64,000 bases of DNA from an uncultured Actinomycetota bacterium (GCA_963819985.1 CAWFYH010000002.1:385404-449403), one strand, 5' to 3'. Shown: positions 39,586 through 49,360, numbered from the stretch's first letter. The notes: generated by a model from the letters alone, not told the origin. Program-made: numbers and translations.

Positions 39586-40650
39586 GTGCCCGAACTCACC
39601 TGGCCGAGCCTGCTCAGCTCCCTTCTCGCGGCAGAGGACCTGTCTGTCGATGAGGCCGGATGGGCGATGGACGAGGTCATGTCCGGACGGGCGTCCGCGG
39701 CGCAGCTGGCGGCGTTCCTGGTAGCTCTGCGAGCCAAGGGCGAATCGGTCGACGAGCTCGACGGCTTGTCGAAGGCGATGCTCGGGCACAGTCGGCGCAT
39801 CGACGTGGCCGGACCGGTGGTCGATGTGGTTGGCACCGGTGGTGACTTGGCGTGGACGGTCAATATCTCCACGATGGCCGCACTCATCGCAGCTGGTGCG
39901 GGTGCTCGTGTGGTGAAGCACGGCAACCGCGGCGCAACGTCGCCCTGTGGCACCGCCGACGTGCTGGAGGAGCTGGGCCTCGACCTCAGTCTCGAACCAG
40001 CACAGGTCGTCGAGGTTTTCGACGAGACCGGGATCACCTTCTGTTTCGCACCGGTTCACCACCCCTCGATGCGCCACGCAGGACCCACGAGGCGCGAGCT
40101 AGGGATCGGTACGGCGTTCAACGTGCTCGGCCCGCTGACCAATCCCGCCCAGCCAGCTGCCCAGGCGGTCGGTTGCTCGGATCCGCGGCTTGCGGCGCTG
40201 ATGGCGGAGGTCTACGCGCGCCGCGGGGTCAACGCCTTGGTGTTTCGCGGCGATGACGGGTTGGACGAGCTCACGATCACCACCACGTCTCGCGTCTGGG
40301 TCGTCAGCGCTGGCTCGGTGAACGAGGTCAGCCTCGACCCCCGCGAACTGGGCATCGCCCCGGCCACCCTCGAGGACCTGCGGGGCGGGGACCGAGAGGT
40401 CAATGCTGTCGCGATTCGTACGTTGTTGTCCGGTGCGTCCGGCCCGGTGCGCGACGCAGCCGTCCTCAATGCCGCTGCGGCGCTGGTGGTCCTGGACGCA
40501 ACAGCCTCGACGGCTGGTCTGGGCGACGGCACAGACCTCGCGGTCCGGCTCAAGCAAGCCTGCGGCCGAGCGTCCGAATCCGTGGACTCCGGTGCTGCGT
40601 CGGCCGTTCTGGACCGCTGGGTGCTCGCCAGCCAGGCGCGCAGCAGCTGA
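39586..40650 (+). CDS. trpD: Anthranilate phosphoribosyltransferase
   Basis: N-terminal helical domain and the motifs GTGGD and KHGNR. 354 aa. Confidence 0.9.
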   Translation: MPELTWPSLLSSLLAAEDLSVDEAGWAMDEVMSGRASAAQLAAFLVALRAKGESVDELDGLSKAMLGHSRRIDVAGPVVDVVGTGGDLAWTVNISTMAALIAAGAGARVVKHGNRGATSPCGTADVLEELGLDLSLEPAQVVEVFDETGITFCFAPVHHPSMRHAGPTRRELGIGTAFNVLGPLTNPAQPAAQAVGCSDPRLAALMAEVYARRGVNALVFRGDDGLDELTITTTSRVWVVSAGSVNEVSLDPRELGIAPATLEDLRGGDREVNAVAIRTLLSGASGPVRDAAVLNAAAALVVLDATASTAGLGDGTDLAVRLKQACGRASESVDSGAASAVLDRWVLASQARSS

Positions 40651-40696
40651 GCAGGAGCCATCCGGCCAGGAAATGACCCCGGCACGACAGGTGACG

Positions 40697-42457
40697 TCAG
40701 AGCACGGTGGCGCGCGTGGGCCGACCCAGGGCTCGCCCGGCAGCGTCGCCCCCGGACACATCCCAGCTTGTGACGGCCCCGTGTTCGGCCCAGGCGGCCG
40801 CGCCGCGAACGGGGGAAGCCCAGGTGCCGTCCACCCGGACCAGTCGGGTCGTCGGGCTGTCGAGCCACCGTAGGACGCACTCGGTCTCCTCGGCCGAGGC
40901 CGAAGGGGAGGTGCGGGCCGCGACGTGCTCCCCGGTGGCCACGAGAGCCTCGACGGTGGGCCACGGATCGAGTCCTCGTGCGACAGTCGCCGTACCCGCC
41001 AACCGGGCGTGCCGAACCAGCGCGATCTCCCACCCAAGATCTGGCCCTCGACGAGCGGCCACCAGCTCACGGCAAGCCGCCAGCCCGGTGATCCGCTGGG
41101 AGCGGGCTGCGATCCGAACGAAGGTGGCCATCCGATCGCGGTGAGCGGCAGCCTCCTCAAAACGCTGGGACTCGGACAGGCGTGAGATGCGGCGGGTGAC
41201 CGCCGTAACCAGCGCGCCGGGGTCGCTCGTCACGGCTGTCCGTGCTGCGTCGACGTGCTGGGCGTATTCGTCGATGCTCTCGCGTCCGTCACACGGGGCG
41301 CCGCAGCGACCCATCTCGGAGAGTACGCAGGCGGTGCCGGTTGCTCGAGGTGAAAGTCGCGTCTTGCACTGTCTGAGCGGAAAGGCCTCGTGCAGCGCAG
41401 CAACGGCCTGCTCGGCCGCGCGGCGACCGCCGAAAGGGCCGAGGTAGGTCGCGCCATCGTCGCGGACGTCGCGCACCACCGACAGGCGCGGGAACGCCTC
41501 GACCGTCAGCTTGACCCACAGGGCACGCTCGGGAAATCGAGACCTCCGGTTGTAGCGCGGCTTGAGCTCGGCGATCAGCCGGAGCTCACGGACCTCCGCC
41601 TCCAGACCCGTCGGGCAGGGAATGTGTCGGACCGATTCGGCCAGGCCGACCATCTCGCCCATCCGCGTTCGGGTCTCGCTGGCCGTGAAGTAGGAGCGCA
41701 CTCGAGCTCTGACATCGAGGGACTTGCCAACGTAGAGGGGGCGCCCTGCAGCGTCCTGAAAGACGTAGACGCCGGGTGCGTGGGGAAGCCCCTCAGCCAG
41801 GTGTCGTTTGCGCCGCTGTGTGCTCGAGACTCGGGAGGAGTAGGTGAGCAGCTCCTCGAAGGACTGGACACCTTCGGTGCCGACCCGCTCGATCAGTCCG
41901 TGCAGGACGTCGACCGTGGCTCGGGCATCAGCAAGCGCACGGTGGGTGGGCATCGTCGACGCCCGGAAGTGGCGCGCGAGAGTGGCCAGCTTGCAATCGC
42001 GCACTTCCTCACGTCGGAGGACGCGGCGCGCCAGCTTGGCCGTGTCGAGGACTGCCAGCGAAGGCCATCCGCGGCCGCACTGGGCCGCGGCCGCCCGCAG
42101 GAACCCCACGTCGAACGGGGCATTGTGGGCCACGAGTACGGCGTCCCCGGCGAAGCCGAGGAACTCGGGCAGCGCGAGCTCGATGGAGGGTGCCCCGGCG
42201 ACCATCGAGTCGGTGATTCCGGTAAGCACACTGATGAACGGCGGGATCGACGACTGGGGGCGGACCAGGGTCTGGAACTCGCCGAGCACCTCGCCCCCAC
42301 GCACCTTGACCGCTCCGATCTCGGTGATGGCGCAGTCTCGGGGTGAGCCGCCGGTCGTCTCGAGGTCGACGACCACGAACGTCACCTCACGCAGCGGCTG
42401 GCCCAGCTCGTCGAAGGACGACTGTCGGCTGGTCACAGGGCGGGAAGTCATCGACAT
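40697..42457 (-). CDS. DEDDh 3'-5' exonuclease (DnaQ/epsilon-like) fused to a GIY-YIG (UvrC/Cho-like) nuclease domain; Rv2191-like
   Basis: Exo motifs VVVDLETTG (Exo I), HNAPFD (Exo II) and HRALADA (Exo III), followed by GIY-YIG (GVYVFQDAAGRPLYVGKS). Synteny next to trpD, as for Mtb Rv2191. Confidence 0.85.
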   Translation of the reverse strand: MSMTSRPVTSRQSSFDELGQPLREVTFVVVDLETTGGSPRDCAITEIGAVKVRGGEVLGEFQTLVRPQSSIPPFISVLTGITDSMVAGAPSIELALPEFLGFAGDAVLVAHNAPFDVGFLRAAAAQCGRGWPSLAVLDTAKLARRVLRREEVRDCKLATLARHFRASTMPTHRALADARATVDVLHGLIERVGTEGVQSFEELLTYSSRVSSTQRRKRHLAEGLPHAPGVYVFQDAAGRPLYVGKSLDVRARVRSYFTASETRTRMGEMVGLAESVRHIPCPTGLEAEVRELRLIAELKPRYNRRSRFPERALWVKLTVEAFPRLSVVRDVRDDGATYLGPFGGRRAAEQAVAALHEAFPLRQCKTRLSPRATGTACVLSEMGRCGAPCDGRESIDEYAQHVDAARTAVTSDPGALVTAVTRRISRLSESQRFEEAAAHRDRMATFVRIAARSQRITGLAACRELVAARRGPDLGWEIALVRHARLAGTATVARGLDPWPTVEALVATGEHVAARTSPSASAEETECVLRWLDSPTTRLVRVDGTWASPVRGAAAWAEHGAVTSWDVSGGDAAGRALGRPTRATVL

Positions 42458-42576
42458 TGCGTTTCGACGGTACGAGCCGGCTCCGACATTGCCCGCTAGG
42501 CACACCGCGCTGGACAGCGCGTTCAGCCTAAGAACGCCGTCAACGGTCAGGCATCGGGCCGCGTAGTCTCAGCGCC

Positions 42577-42882
42577 GTGACAGTTCCACACCCGCCCACG
42601 AGTGCGCTGCCGCCCGAAGGAAGCAGGTGGCGCTGCTCCCGTTGCGGCAATCTGACCCGCTTCGATGTCACTCGGTCCAGCCGGGTCCGTGAGTTCGTGC
42701 ACCTGCAGCTGTCGGGCGAGGGACACGTTGAAGAGGTCGAGGTGCTCTCAGAGTCCGTCGAATCCGTGCGTTGCCGATGGTGCAACACCGACGGCACGGT
42801 CGAGGTCGTGCCGACGGCTGCCTCAGACAGCGAAGCTGGCCCTGCGTCCCCGGCGGCTCAGGACGCAGCCGCGGGCGCGTGA
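42577..42882 (+). CDS. Small zinc-ribbon protein (two CxxC pairs)
   Basis: CSRCGN...CRWCN. GTG start. The stop overlaps the start of the downstream CoA-transferase (GTGA). Confidence 0.45.
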   Translation: MTVPHPPTSALPPEGSRWRCSRCGNLTRFDVTRSSRVREFVHLQLSGEGHVEEVEVLSESVESVRCRWCNTDGTVEVVPTAASDSEAGPASPAAQDAAAGA

Positions 42883-44063
42883 GCGCTCCGCTCGCGGGGG
42901 TGCGCGTGCTCGACCTCACGCGTCTCTTGCCGGGCGGCTACGCCACGTTGTTGCTCGCCGACCTCGGTGCTGAGGTGCTCAAGGTCGAGCAACCGGGCGT
43001 GGGGGACGGCTTGCGGGCGGCGGGGCCGTACGACTCCAACGGCGTTAGCGCGTCGCACGCGTGGCTCAACCGAGGCAAGCGCTCGTTGACGCTCGACTTC
43101 AAGTCGGCCGACGGTGCGCAGATCCTGCGCGAGTTGATCGCGGCGTACGACGTGATGATCGATTCGTTTCGGCCTGGGGTTCTCGAACGCCTTGGTCTCG
43201 ACCAGAACTCCATCTCCCAGCTGAATCCCCGACTGGTGCACGTCTCCATCACGTTTCGTGGCCGACAGGGCCTCCCCGAAGCAGTGGCCACCAGGGCGGG
43301 TCACGACATCAACGCCCAAGCACTGGCTGGGCTGCTGGCGCAGACCGATCTCGGTTCGCCCGATGTGTCAACGCCCGCTGTGCAGGCGGCCGACCACACG
43401 GTCGGCCTGCAGACCGCGTTGGCGGTGCTCTCGATGCTGCGGATCAGCGAGAGCACCGGTCAGGGCGGATTCTGCGACCTCGCCATGACCGACGCCGCCT
43501 ATTCGCTGTTGGGACTGACCGCGGCGGGCCAGGTCTATGTCGGCGCCGCTGGGGTGGAGCATCGGATGCTCACCGGTGGGCTTGCCTGCTACGCCGTGTA
43601 TGCCTGTGCCGATGGCCGCCAACTGGCCGTCGGCGCGCTCGAACCCGTGTTCTTCGAGCGTCTGCTGAAGGCGCTCGGGCTCGATGAGAGCCTGGCTCAG
43701 GCACAGTACGTCCCGGCCGCTCAGCCGCGCCTGCGCGCCGAGCTGAGCTCATGCCTGCTCACGCGTGCCCGCGACGACTGGATGACTGCCCTGGCAGTAG
43801 TCGACTGCTGCGTGAGTCCCGTTCGCGATGTCGCCGAGGCACTTGCCGATCCAGTGGCGTTGACGCGTGGCGTTGTCGAGTCTGCCGGCCCGCTCAGGCG
43901 GCTCGGTCCCGTGCTCCGTTGGCCGGAGGCGGAGTCCGACGCGGTCTCGGCAGTGGCAGAAGGTCGGGCGCCGGACTTGGGCTCTGACACCGACACTGTG
44001 CTCGGCGAGCTGGGCCGTTCCTTGGGTGACGTGGCCGCTCTGCGCGAGCGGGGTGTGGTGTGA
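42879..44063 (+). CDS. CoA-transferase family III (CaiB/BaiF; alpha-methylacyl-CoA racemase-like)
   Basis: N-terminus LAGVRVLDLTRLLPGGYATLLLADLGAEVLKVE and a catalytic Asp region in the mid-domain, typical of family III CoA transferases. Confidence 0.8.
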   Translation: MSAPLAGVRVLDLTRLLPGGYATLLLADLGAEVLKVEQPGVGDGLRAAGPYDSNGVSASHAWLNRGKRSLTLDFKSADGAQILRELIAAYDVMIDSFRPGVLERLGLDQNSISQLNPRLVHVSITFRGRQGLPEAVATRAGHDINAQALAGLLAQTDLGSPDVSTPAVQAADHTVGLQTALAVLSMLRISESTGQGGFCDLAMTDAAYSLLGLTAAGQVYVGAAGVEHRMLTGGLACYAVYACADGRQLAVGALEPVFFERLLKALGLDESLAQAQYVPAAQPRLRAELSSCLLTRARDDWMTALAVVDCCVSPVRDVAEALADPVALTRGVVESAGPLRRLGPVLRWPEAESDAVSAVAEGRAPDLGSDTDTVLGELGRSLGDVAALRERGVV

Positions 44064-45382
44064 GCACCCCCCCTGAGGTGGTTCTCCCGGGTCCGGTTCG
44101 CGACCGCGTTGTGACCATCGCCTCGGACGCGCTGGGGGTCCTCGATCCGCTGGAGATACCCACGAGGCTGCGCTCGATCGCGAAATTCGCTCCCGCGAAA
44201 AGGGCGCGCTTGGCGTCGGGGCCGCTCTCGACCGTCCTCGAAACCGACTCCGCTTTCGCCGCTCGCGTGGGCGAGCTGGCCCGCGCTGCTGAGCCCGACC
44301 TTTGCCGTGAGCTCATCGCGGGCCGGGTTCCCCCCGCGGCGGAGCCGGTCGAGGTCGCTGCTCTGGCCTACCTGTTGAAGGCGCCGAGGTGGCCGGAACG
44401 GGTTGCGGCTGCTTCCGCGGAGCTGGGCTCCCGCGTGGCCCAGGACCAGGCCGCGGGTGCCGAGCTGTCTCGCCTCCGTGAACAGCTCGATGCCGTTCGA
44501 GTTCAGGGACGATCGGCGCTAGAGGCAGCTCGGCGGGAGAGCGAGCAGCTTCGCAGTGAGTTGGGCAGCATGCGGCGTACGGTCGCCGACGCCCGGCGCG
44601 CCGTGGCAGCGGCCGAGCGCAGCGCCCAGGAAGCCCGCGAAGCCGAGGTCGCCGGACGAGCTGAGGCCGACCGCCGCATGGCCAGCGCCGATGCGCAAGA
44701 GCGACGCACCAGGGAGCGGCTCGCGGAGCTCGAGGGCTTGGTCGAGACCTCGAGGCGGAGCGCCAAACAGGGTCGATCGGTCGAAGACGTGCGTCTCCGC
44801 TTGCTGATCGACACCTTGCTGGGCGCAGCAACCGGCCTTCGCCGTGAGCTCGCCTTGCCTCCGGTTGGTCAGGGTGAACGCCCGGCGGACGTGGTGGCCG
44901 GTGACGTCGGTGCGCAGGCGGGAGCCTCCGGTGTCGAGGCGGCTCGCGCTCGTGGTCTCGGTCACGACGATCCGGCCGCGCTTGACCAACTCCTCGCGCT
45001 GCCACAGGCGCACCTCGTCGTGGATGGCTACAACGTCACCAAGACCGGGTTCGGTGGAATCGCGCTCGACGCTCAGCGGGCCCGGCTGATCACGGGGCTG
45101 ACTGCCGTGGCAGCCCAGACGGCGGCCGAGGTCACCTGTGTGTTCGACGGGGCCGAGCTGGACCGGCAGACTCCCACCGGCTCTACCCGTGCGGTCAGGG
45201 TCGTCTTCTCACCGCCGGGTGTCACCGCCGACTCGGTGATCCGTCGGCTGGTCAGGGAGGAGCCACCGGGACGGCCGGTGATCGTGGTGTCGAGCGACCG
45301 TGAGGTGATCGACGGAGTGGTCGCGGCCGGCGCCCGAGCAGTCTCGTCGAAGGCGCTGGTGCGCCGCCTCGACCGAGGCTGA
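44060..45382 (+). CDS. NYN-domain (YacP-like) protein with N-terminal coiled-coil region
   Basis: C-terminal HLVVDGYNV...VRVVFS...VIVVSSDREV matches NYN/PIN-like RNase-fold motifs. The middle region is a long Ala/Arg/Glu-rich coiled coil. Confidence 0.6.
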   Translation: MSTPPEVVLPGPVRDRVVTIASDALGVLDPLEIPTRLRSIAKFAPAKRARLASGPLSTVLETDSAFAARVGELARAAEPDLCRELIAGRVPPAAEPVEVAALAYLLKAPRWPERVAAASAELGSRVAQDQAAGAELSRLREQLDAVRVQGRSALEAARRESEQLRSELGSMRRTVADARRAVAAAERSAQEAREAEVAGRAEADRRMASADAQERRTRERLAELEGLVETSRRSAKQGRSVEDVRLRLLIDTLLGAATGLRRELALPPVGQGERPADVVAGDVGAQAGASGVEAARARGLGHDDPAALDQLLALPQAHLVVDGYNVTKTGFGGIALDAQRARLITGLTAVAAQTAAEVTCVFDGAELDRQTPTGSTRAVRVVFSPPGVTADSVIRRLVREEPPGRPVIVVSSDREVIDGVVAAGARAVSSKALVRRLDRG

Positions 45383-45556
45383 TCAGAACCGCCTCGACCG
45401 GTGACTCGACGAGTGGTTGCGAACGGGGCGATTGCACACCGTGGATTGCCCCGTTCGTTGCCATTCGGCTCGGACCCGACCGAGATTCGGGACCCTGCCC
45501 CCAAGAAACTGTCGGTGCCGCTGCCTAGCGTCTGTGGGGAAGGAGAGGTGGTCGTG

Positions 45557-45802
45557 ATGCTCATCGACTGTGGCACCTGCGAGATGCGAGACCTGGCGTG
45601 CGACGACTGTGTCGTCACGGTCCTGCTGGGCCCGACCCGCCTGGAGTCGGGTCAGCCGGCCTACGCACCGATGCTGGATGCGCAGGAACGCAACGCCCTA
45701 GCGGTCCTGGCCGCCTCGGGTCTGGTGCCTCCACTGCGGCTGACCACGATCGACCCGCCACCCGATGACGACACAGAGCAACGCATCCACCACGCAATGT
45801 GA
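45557..45802 (+). CDS. Small Cys-containing hypothetical protein
   Basis: MLIDCGTCEMRDLACDDC suggests a possible metal-binding or anti-sigma-like role. Weak call. Confidence 0.3.
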   Translation: MLIDCGTCEMRDLACDDCVVTVLLGPTRLESGQPAYAPMLDAQERNALAVLAASGLVPPLRLTTIDPPPDDDTEQRIHHAM

Positions 45803-45994
45803 GATCCACCACGCGGTCGCGACCAAACCGACGGCGGCTGGCGCGGAATCGTCGCTCTCCCGGGTGACGACGGTGTGGCAGGTTTGATTCCGGCCCCGCT
45901 GGTGGCTACTGTGCTCGCGGATGTCGGTTCGACGCCTCTCGCCCGAGAGGCATCCGGCGTCTCCGCTCAATCCGATGTGAACGAGCTCCATCGC

Positions 45995-46135
45995 CTAGGT
46001 GGCGGAGTCCGCGAGCAACGGAACCGGGGAACCATGTTCCTGGGGTGAATCACCGGCGATCCGTCGCCGGAGTAGGGCGACTTCCCCGCCCGAACCCGTC
46101 AGCTCACCCGGTAGGCGGTCGAGGAAGAGGAGAGC
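45995..46135 (+). ncRNA. ydaO/kimA-type cyclic-di-AMP riboswitch in the leader of the NlpC/P60 hydrolase gene
   Basis: Contains CGGGGUGAAUC, GUAGGGCGA(N)UCCCC and GCCCGAACCCGUCAGCUCACCCGGUAGGCGGUCGAGGAAGAGGAGAGCC. These are near-identical to the conserved ydaO elements (CCGAACCCGUCAGCUAACCucGUAAGCG...GAGGAG). An SD GAGGAG lies 10 nt before the GTG at 46143. Confidence 0.85.
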
Positions 46136-46142
46136 CGCCTTC

Positions 46143-47225
46143 GTGGCGACCCGCCATCGCGCAGCCGTACGGCGTTCGCTTGCCGCCCTTGCTGCCGTCG
46201 TCTGCGCCCTGACCTTGGCCCCCGCGATCAGCCAGGCCGATCCACAGCCCACCGTCTCCGAGGTCGAGAGACGCGTAGCGGCTCTGCAGGACGATGCCGA
46301 GGCCGCGACCGAGGCCTATCTGGCGGCCAAGCTGGACGCCGACAAGGCGCAGCAGCAGCTGGACAAGGTCAACGCCAAGGTGCGCCGCTCCGAGGCCCAG
46401 CTGGCCGCCCTGCAGAAGACGGTGGGCGGGTTCGCGGCTGCTGCCTATCGGTCCGGTGGCCTGGATCAAAGCTTCGCGTTGCTGCTGGCTGACGACCCCG
46501 GCACCTTCCTCGAACAGGCCAGCGACCTCGACGGCATCGCCCGCCGGCAGTCCGACATCATGCACAAGGTTGCCGTGGCAACCCAGCAGCTTTCCGCTGA
46601 CAAGCTGATCGCCAAGCAGCAGGCGGCGACTCTCGAAGCGATCCGCGCCGACATGGCCACCAAGAAGGCCGCGATCGACGCCAAGGTGGCCGAGGCTCAG
46701 CGGCTGCTAGCCACGCTCAAGGCCGAGGAGCGCCGCAAGCTCGAGGCCCGGCAGGCCGCAGCCCGAGCCGCCAGCGCAGCCGAGGCACAACGGGCTGCGC
46801 AGGCCGCGCGCGCCTCCCGCGACACTCGCAGCACGAGCGGCGGTGGCTCGCCCAGCTACGGCTCGTCCACGCCGGTGTCGGGCCGCGCCGCGGGTGCTGT
46901 GCGCTTCGCGCTGGCCCAGGTCGGCAAGAGCTACGTCTACGCGGCCACCGGGCCCAATTCCTACGACTGCTCCGGGCTGACCATGGCCGCCTACCGCTCG
47001 GTGGGCGTCTACCTCCCGCACCAGTCCAGCGCGCAGTACAACTCCGGTCGGCACATCCCGGCCAGCCAGCTGCAGCCCGGCGATCTGGTGTTCTACTACT
47101 CGCCGATCCACCACGTGGGCATCTACATCGGCGGTGGCCGGATCGTGCACGCAGCGAACCCGTCCACCGGCGTGGCCATCGCACCGCTCTACTCCATGCC
47201 CTACGTCGGGGCCGTTCGACCCTGA
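46143..47225 (+). CDS. Secreted NlpC/P60 peptidoglycan endopeptidase with N-terminal coiled-coil (RipA/RipC-like)
   Basis: GTG start and signal peptide ...VCALTLAPAISQA. A long coiled-coil (Ala/Gln/Lys/Glu-rich) precedes the C-terminal NlpC/P60 domain with the catalytic Cys in YDCSGLTMAAY and His in HHVGIYIGGG. Confidence 0.85.
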   Translation: MATRHRAAVRRSLAALAAVVCALTLAPAISQADPQPTVSEVERRVAALQDDAEAATEAYLAAKLDADKAQQQLDKVNAKVRRSEAQLAALQKTVGGFAAAAYRSGGLDQSFALLLADDPGTFLEQASDLDGIARRQSDIMHKVAVATQQLSADKLIAKQQAATLEAIRADMATKKAAIDAKVAEAQRLLATLKAEERRKLEARQAAARAASAAEAQRAAQAARASRDTRSTSGGGSPSYGSSTPVSGRAAGAVRFALAQVGKSYVYAATGPNSYDCSGLTMAAYRSVGVYLPHQSSAQYNSGRHIPASQLQPGDLVFYYSPIHHVGIYIGGGRIVHAANPSTGVAIAPLYSMPYVGAVRP

Positions 47226-48160
47226 CGGAGGCCCGTCCGGCCGTCCTGGCCGCCCGCTACACCTCGCGCCGGCTGGTCCTCGGGCTGTCGCTGGTAGTCG
47301 CGTGTCTCGCTGGTTGCTCCGGCGGCACCGTCTCGGCTCAGCATGGGTCCACTCCGGTTGATCTGACCGTTGGGTCTGGAGCCGAAGGAGTAACCCGGGG
47401 TCGAGGGCACGCTGTTGCGGCTCCCGGAGCGGTCGTGGAGGGCGAGACGCTGACGGCTGTGGCCCGAGCCGCCGACGTTGGTGCGCGGGCGGTCGATGCC
47501 GTCTGGGGCGGCAGCTGGGCCGTCGACGAGGGCCAGCTGGTCACCGTGGTCGTCGGTGACACTCATACGGTCCGGCTGGGCCTGCGCGAAAGCCCAGACG
47601 GTCACGGACCGTCGCCAGCACCGCGGGTGCGGGTGGCTGCTGTCACGGTGCCAACGTGGGGTTCGGCCGGGCCAACCGTCCTGGTCGACGGGGGAGTGTG
47701 GGCCAACCTCTCGGCTACCGGAAGGTCGGTGGTCATCACCCATGAGCTCGTGCACCTCGCGACGGGGTCGGTGCGGTCCCAGGCGCCGCCGTGGCTGGAG
47801 GAAGGATTCGCGGACTGGGTGGCCTGGAACCAAGGCGACCTGCCGGCCAGCAAGGTAGCTCGCGAGGCGATCCTGGAAGCCCAGGAGGACGGACTTCCGA
47901 ACCGACTGCCCGGGGACAGTGACTTCGCCCCAGGAGCCACGAGCTCGCCGGTCGCCTACGGTCAGGCCTACCTAGCGGCGCGGCTGATTGCGGAGACGTA
48001 CGGCGAAACGGTCCTGGTCGATCTCGTGCGTCGCGTCGACTCTGGGGCCGAGGTCGACTCGGCCCTACGGCAGCTCACCGGGCGCGGATTGGCCGACCTG
48101 ACGTTGGGCTGGCAGCGCGACCTCGAGGGTCGTGTCGCTATCGAGTCCGCCGTGTCCTGA
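47222..48160 (+). CDS. Lipoprotein with HExxH zinc-metallopeptidase motif
   Basis: Lipoprotein signal RYTSRRLVLGLSLVVACLAGCSGG. HELVH motif with a downstream EEGFADW. No canonical ATG/GTG is in frame upstream of the lipobox, so the start may be a CTG at 47222 overlapping the upstream stop. The start is uncertain. Confidence 0.5.
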   Translation: MTEARPAVLAARYTSRRLVLGLSLVVACLAGCSGGTVSAQHGSTPVDLTVGSGAEGVTRGRGHAVAAPGAVVEGETLTAVARAADVGARAVDAVWGGSWAVDEGQLVTVVVGDTHTVRLGLRESPDGHGPSPAPRVRVAAVTVPTWGSAGPTVLVDGGVWANLSATGRSVVITHELVHLATGSVRSQAPPWLEEGFADWVAWNQGDLPASKVAREAILEAQEDGLPNRLPGDSDFAPGATSSPVAYGQAYLAARLIAETYGETVLVDLVRRVDSGAEVDSALRQLTGRGLADLTLGWQRDLEGRVAIESAVS

Positions 48161-48203
48161 ACTGCCGGTCTCCTGCGACGCGACTGCCCCATAAGGTCGG
48201 GGC

Positions 48204-49346
48204 GTGCCCCGCACCCTGGTCGTGACCAATGACTTCCCGCCTCGACCGGGAGGCATCCAGACGTTCGTTGCCGAGCTGCTGGCCCGCCAGCCGGCCGACT
48301 CTCTGGTGGTCTATGCCTCCACCTGGCGGGGAAGTGAGGCCTATGACCGCGCGTTGCCCTATCCGGTCGTGCGCTACCCCCATCGAGTCATGCTGCCGAT
48401 CCCGCCTGTGGCCTCTCAGGCCGCCCGGCTGCTGACTGAGTACGACTGCACCTCAGTGCTCTTCGGTGCCGCGGCGCCGCTAGGCCTGCTGGCGGGTCGC
48501 CTCCGTGCAGCTGGCGCTCGGCGCGTGGTCGCCCTCACGCACGGGCACGAGGCCGGGTGGGCGGGGGTGCCGGGTGCTGCCGGGCTGCTCCGCCGATCGG
48601 TCGAGGGGCTGGACGTGACGACGTACCTCGGCTCGTACACCCGAGACCGGATCGCGCGCGCGATCAGTCCGTCAGCAGCCGCCAAGCTGGTCCGGCTGGC
48701 GCCAGGGGTCGACAGCGATACTTTCCGGCCCGACGTAGACGGATCGCTGGTGCGGGAGAGGTACGGCCTCGCTGGTCGGCCGGTCGTGGTTTGCGTGTCC
48801 CGCCTGATGGCGCGCAAGGGACAAGACACGCTGATCTCCGCCTGGCCCTCGATCACGGCCGAGGTGCCTGGTGCCGCGCTGCTGCTCGTCGGCGGTGGGC
48901 CAGCCCGAAGATCGCTGGAGAAGACCGTGGTCGGTGCGGGACTGGCCGATGACGTGATCTTCACCGGATCGGTGCCGTTCACGGAGCTTCCGGCTCACTA
49001 TGCGGCTGGCGACGTCTTTGCGATGCCTTGTCGCACGCGCAACCGCGGTTTGGACGTCGAGGGCCTCGGGATCGTCTATCTCGAGGCGTCGGCAACCGGA
49101 CTACCCGTGGTGGCCGGGGACTCCGGCGGCGCGCCCGACGCGGTGCTGGAGGGCGAGACCGGCTACGTCGTGCCCGGCGGTGACTCCGTAGAGCTGGCCG
49201 CGCGCCTCGTCGCCCTGCTCGGCGACCCTGACCTACGACGGCGCCTGGGAGAGCGCGGTCGGGCGTGGGTCGTGGCGGACTGGGGCTGGGATGCAGCAGC
49301 CGCCCGGTTGGGCGAGTTGCTTACCCCTGAGTTACTGAGGCCCTGA
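48204..49346 (+). CDS. GT4-family glycosyltransferase (PimB-like mannosyltransferase)
   Basis: GTG start. C-terminal EX7E-type motif (GIVYLEASATGLPVVAGDSGGAPDAVLEGETGYVV). Synteny with Mtb Rv2188c. Confidence 0.8.
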   Translation: MPRTLVVTNDFPPRPGGIQTFVAELLARQPADSLVVYASTWRGSEAYDRALPYPVVRYPHRVMLPIPPVASQAARLLTEYDCTSVLFGAAAPLGLLAGRLRAAGARRVVALTHGHEAGWAGVPGAAGLLRRSVEGLDVTTYLGSYTRDRIARAISPSAAAKLVRLAPGVDSDTFRPDVDGSLVRERYGLAGRPVVVCVSRLMARKGQDTLISAWPSITAEVPGAALLLVGGGPARRSLEKTVVGAGLADDVIFTGSVPFTELPAHYAAGDVFAMPCRTRNRGLDVEGLGIVYLEASATGLPVVAGDSGGAPDAVLEGETGYVVPGGDSVELAARLVALLGDPDLRRRLGERGRAWVVADWGWDAAAARLGELLTPELLRP

Positions 49347-49360
49347 GTAACCCTGGCTGG

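Noticed and set aside
45840-45990. T-loop-like GGTTTGATTCC sequence suggesting a tRNA or tRNA fragment (possible integration att site)
   Set aside because: No acceptor, D or anticodon stems can be formed around it; the flanking stems do not pair. Judged a chance match.
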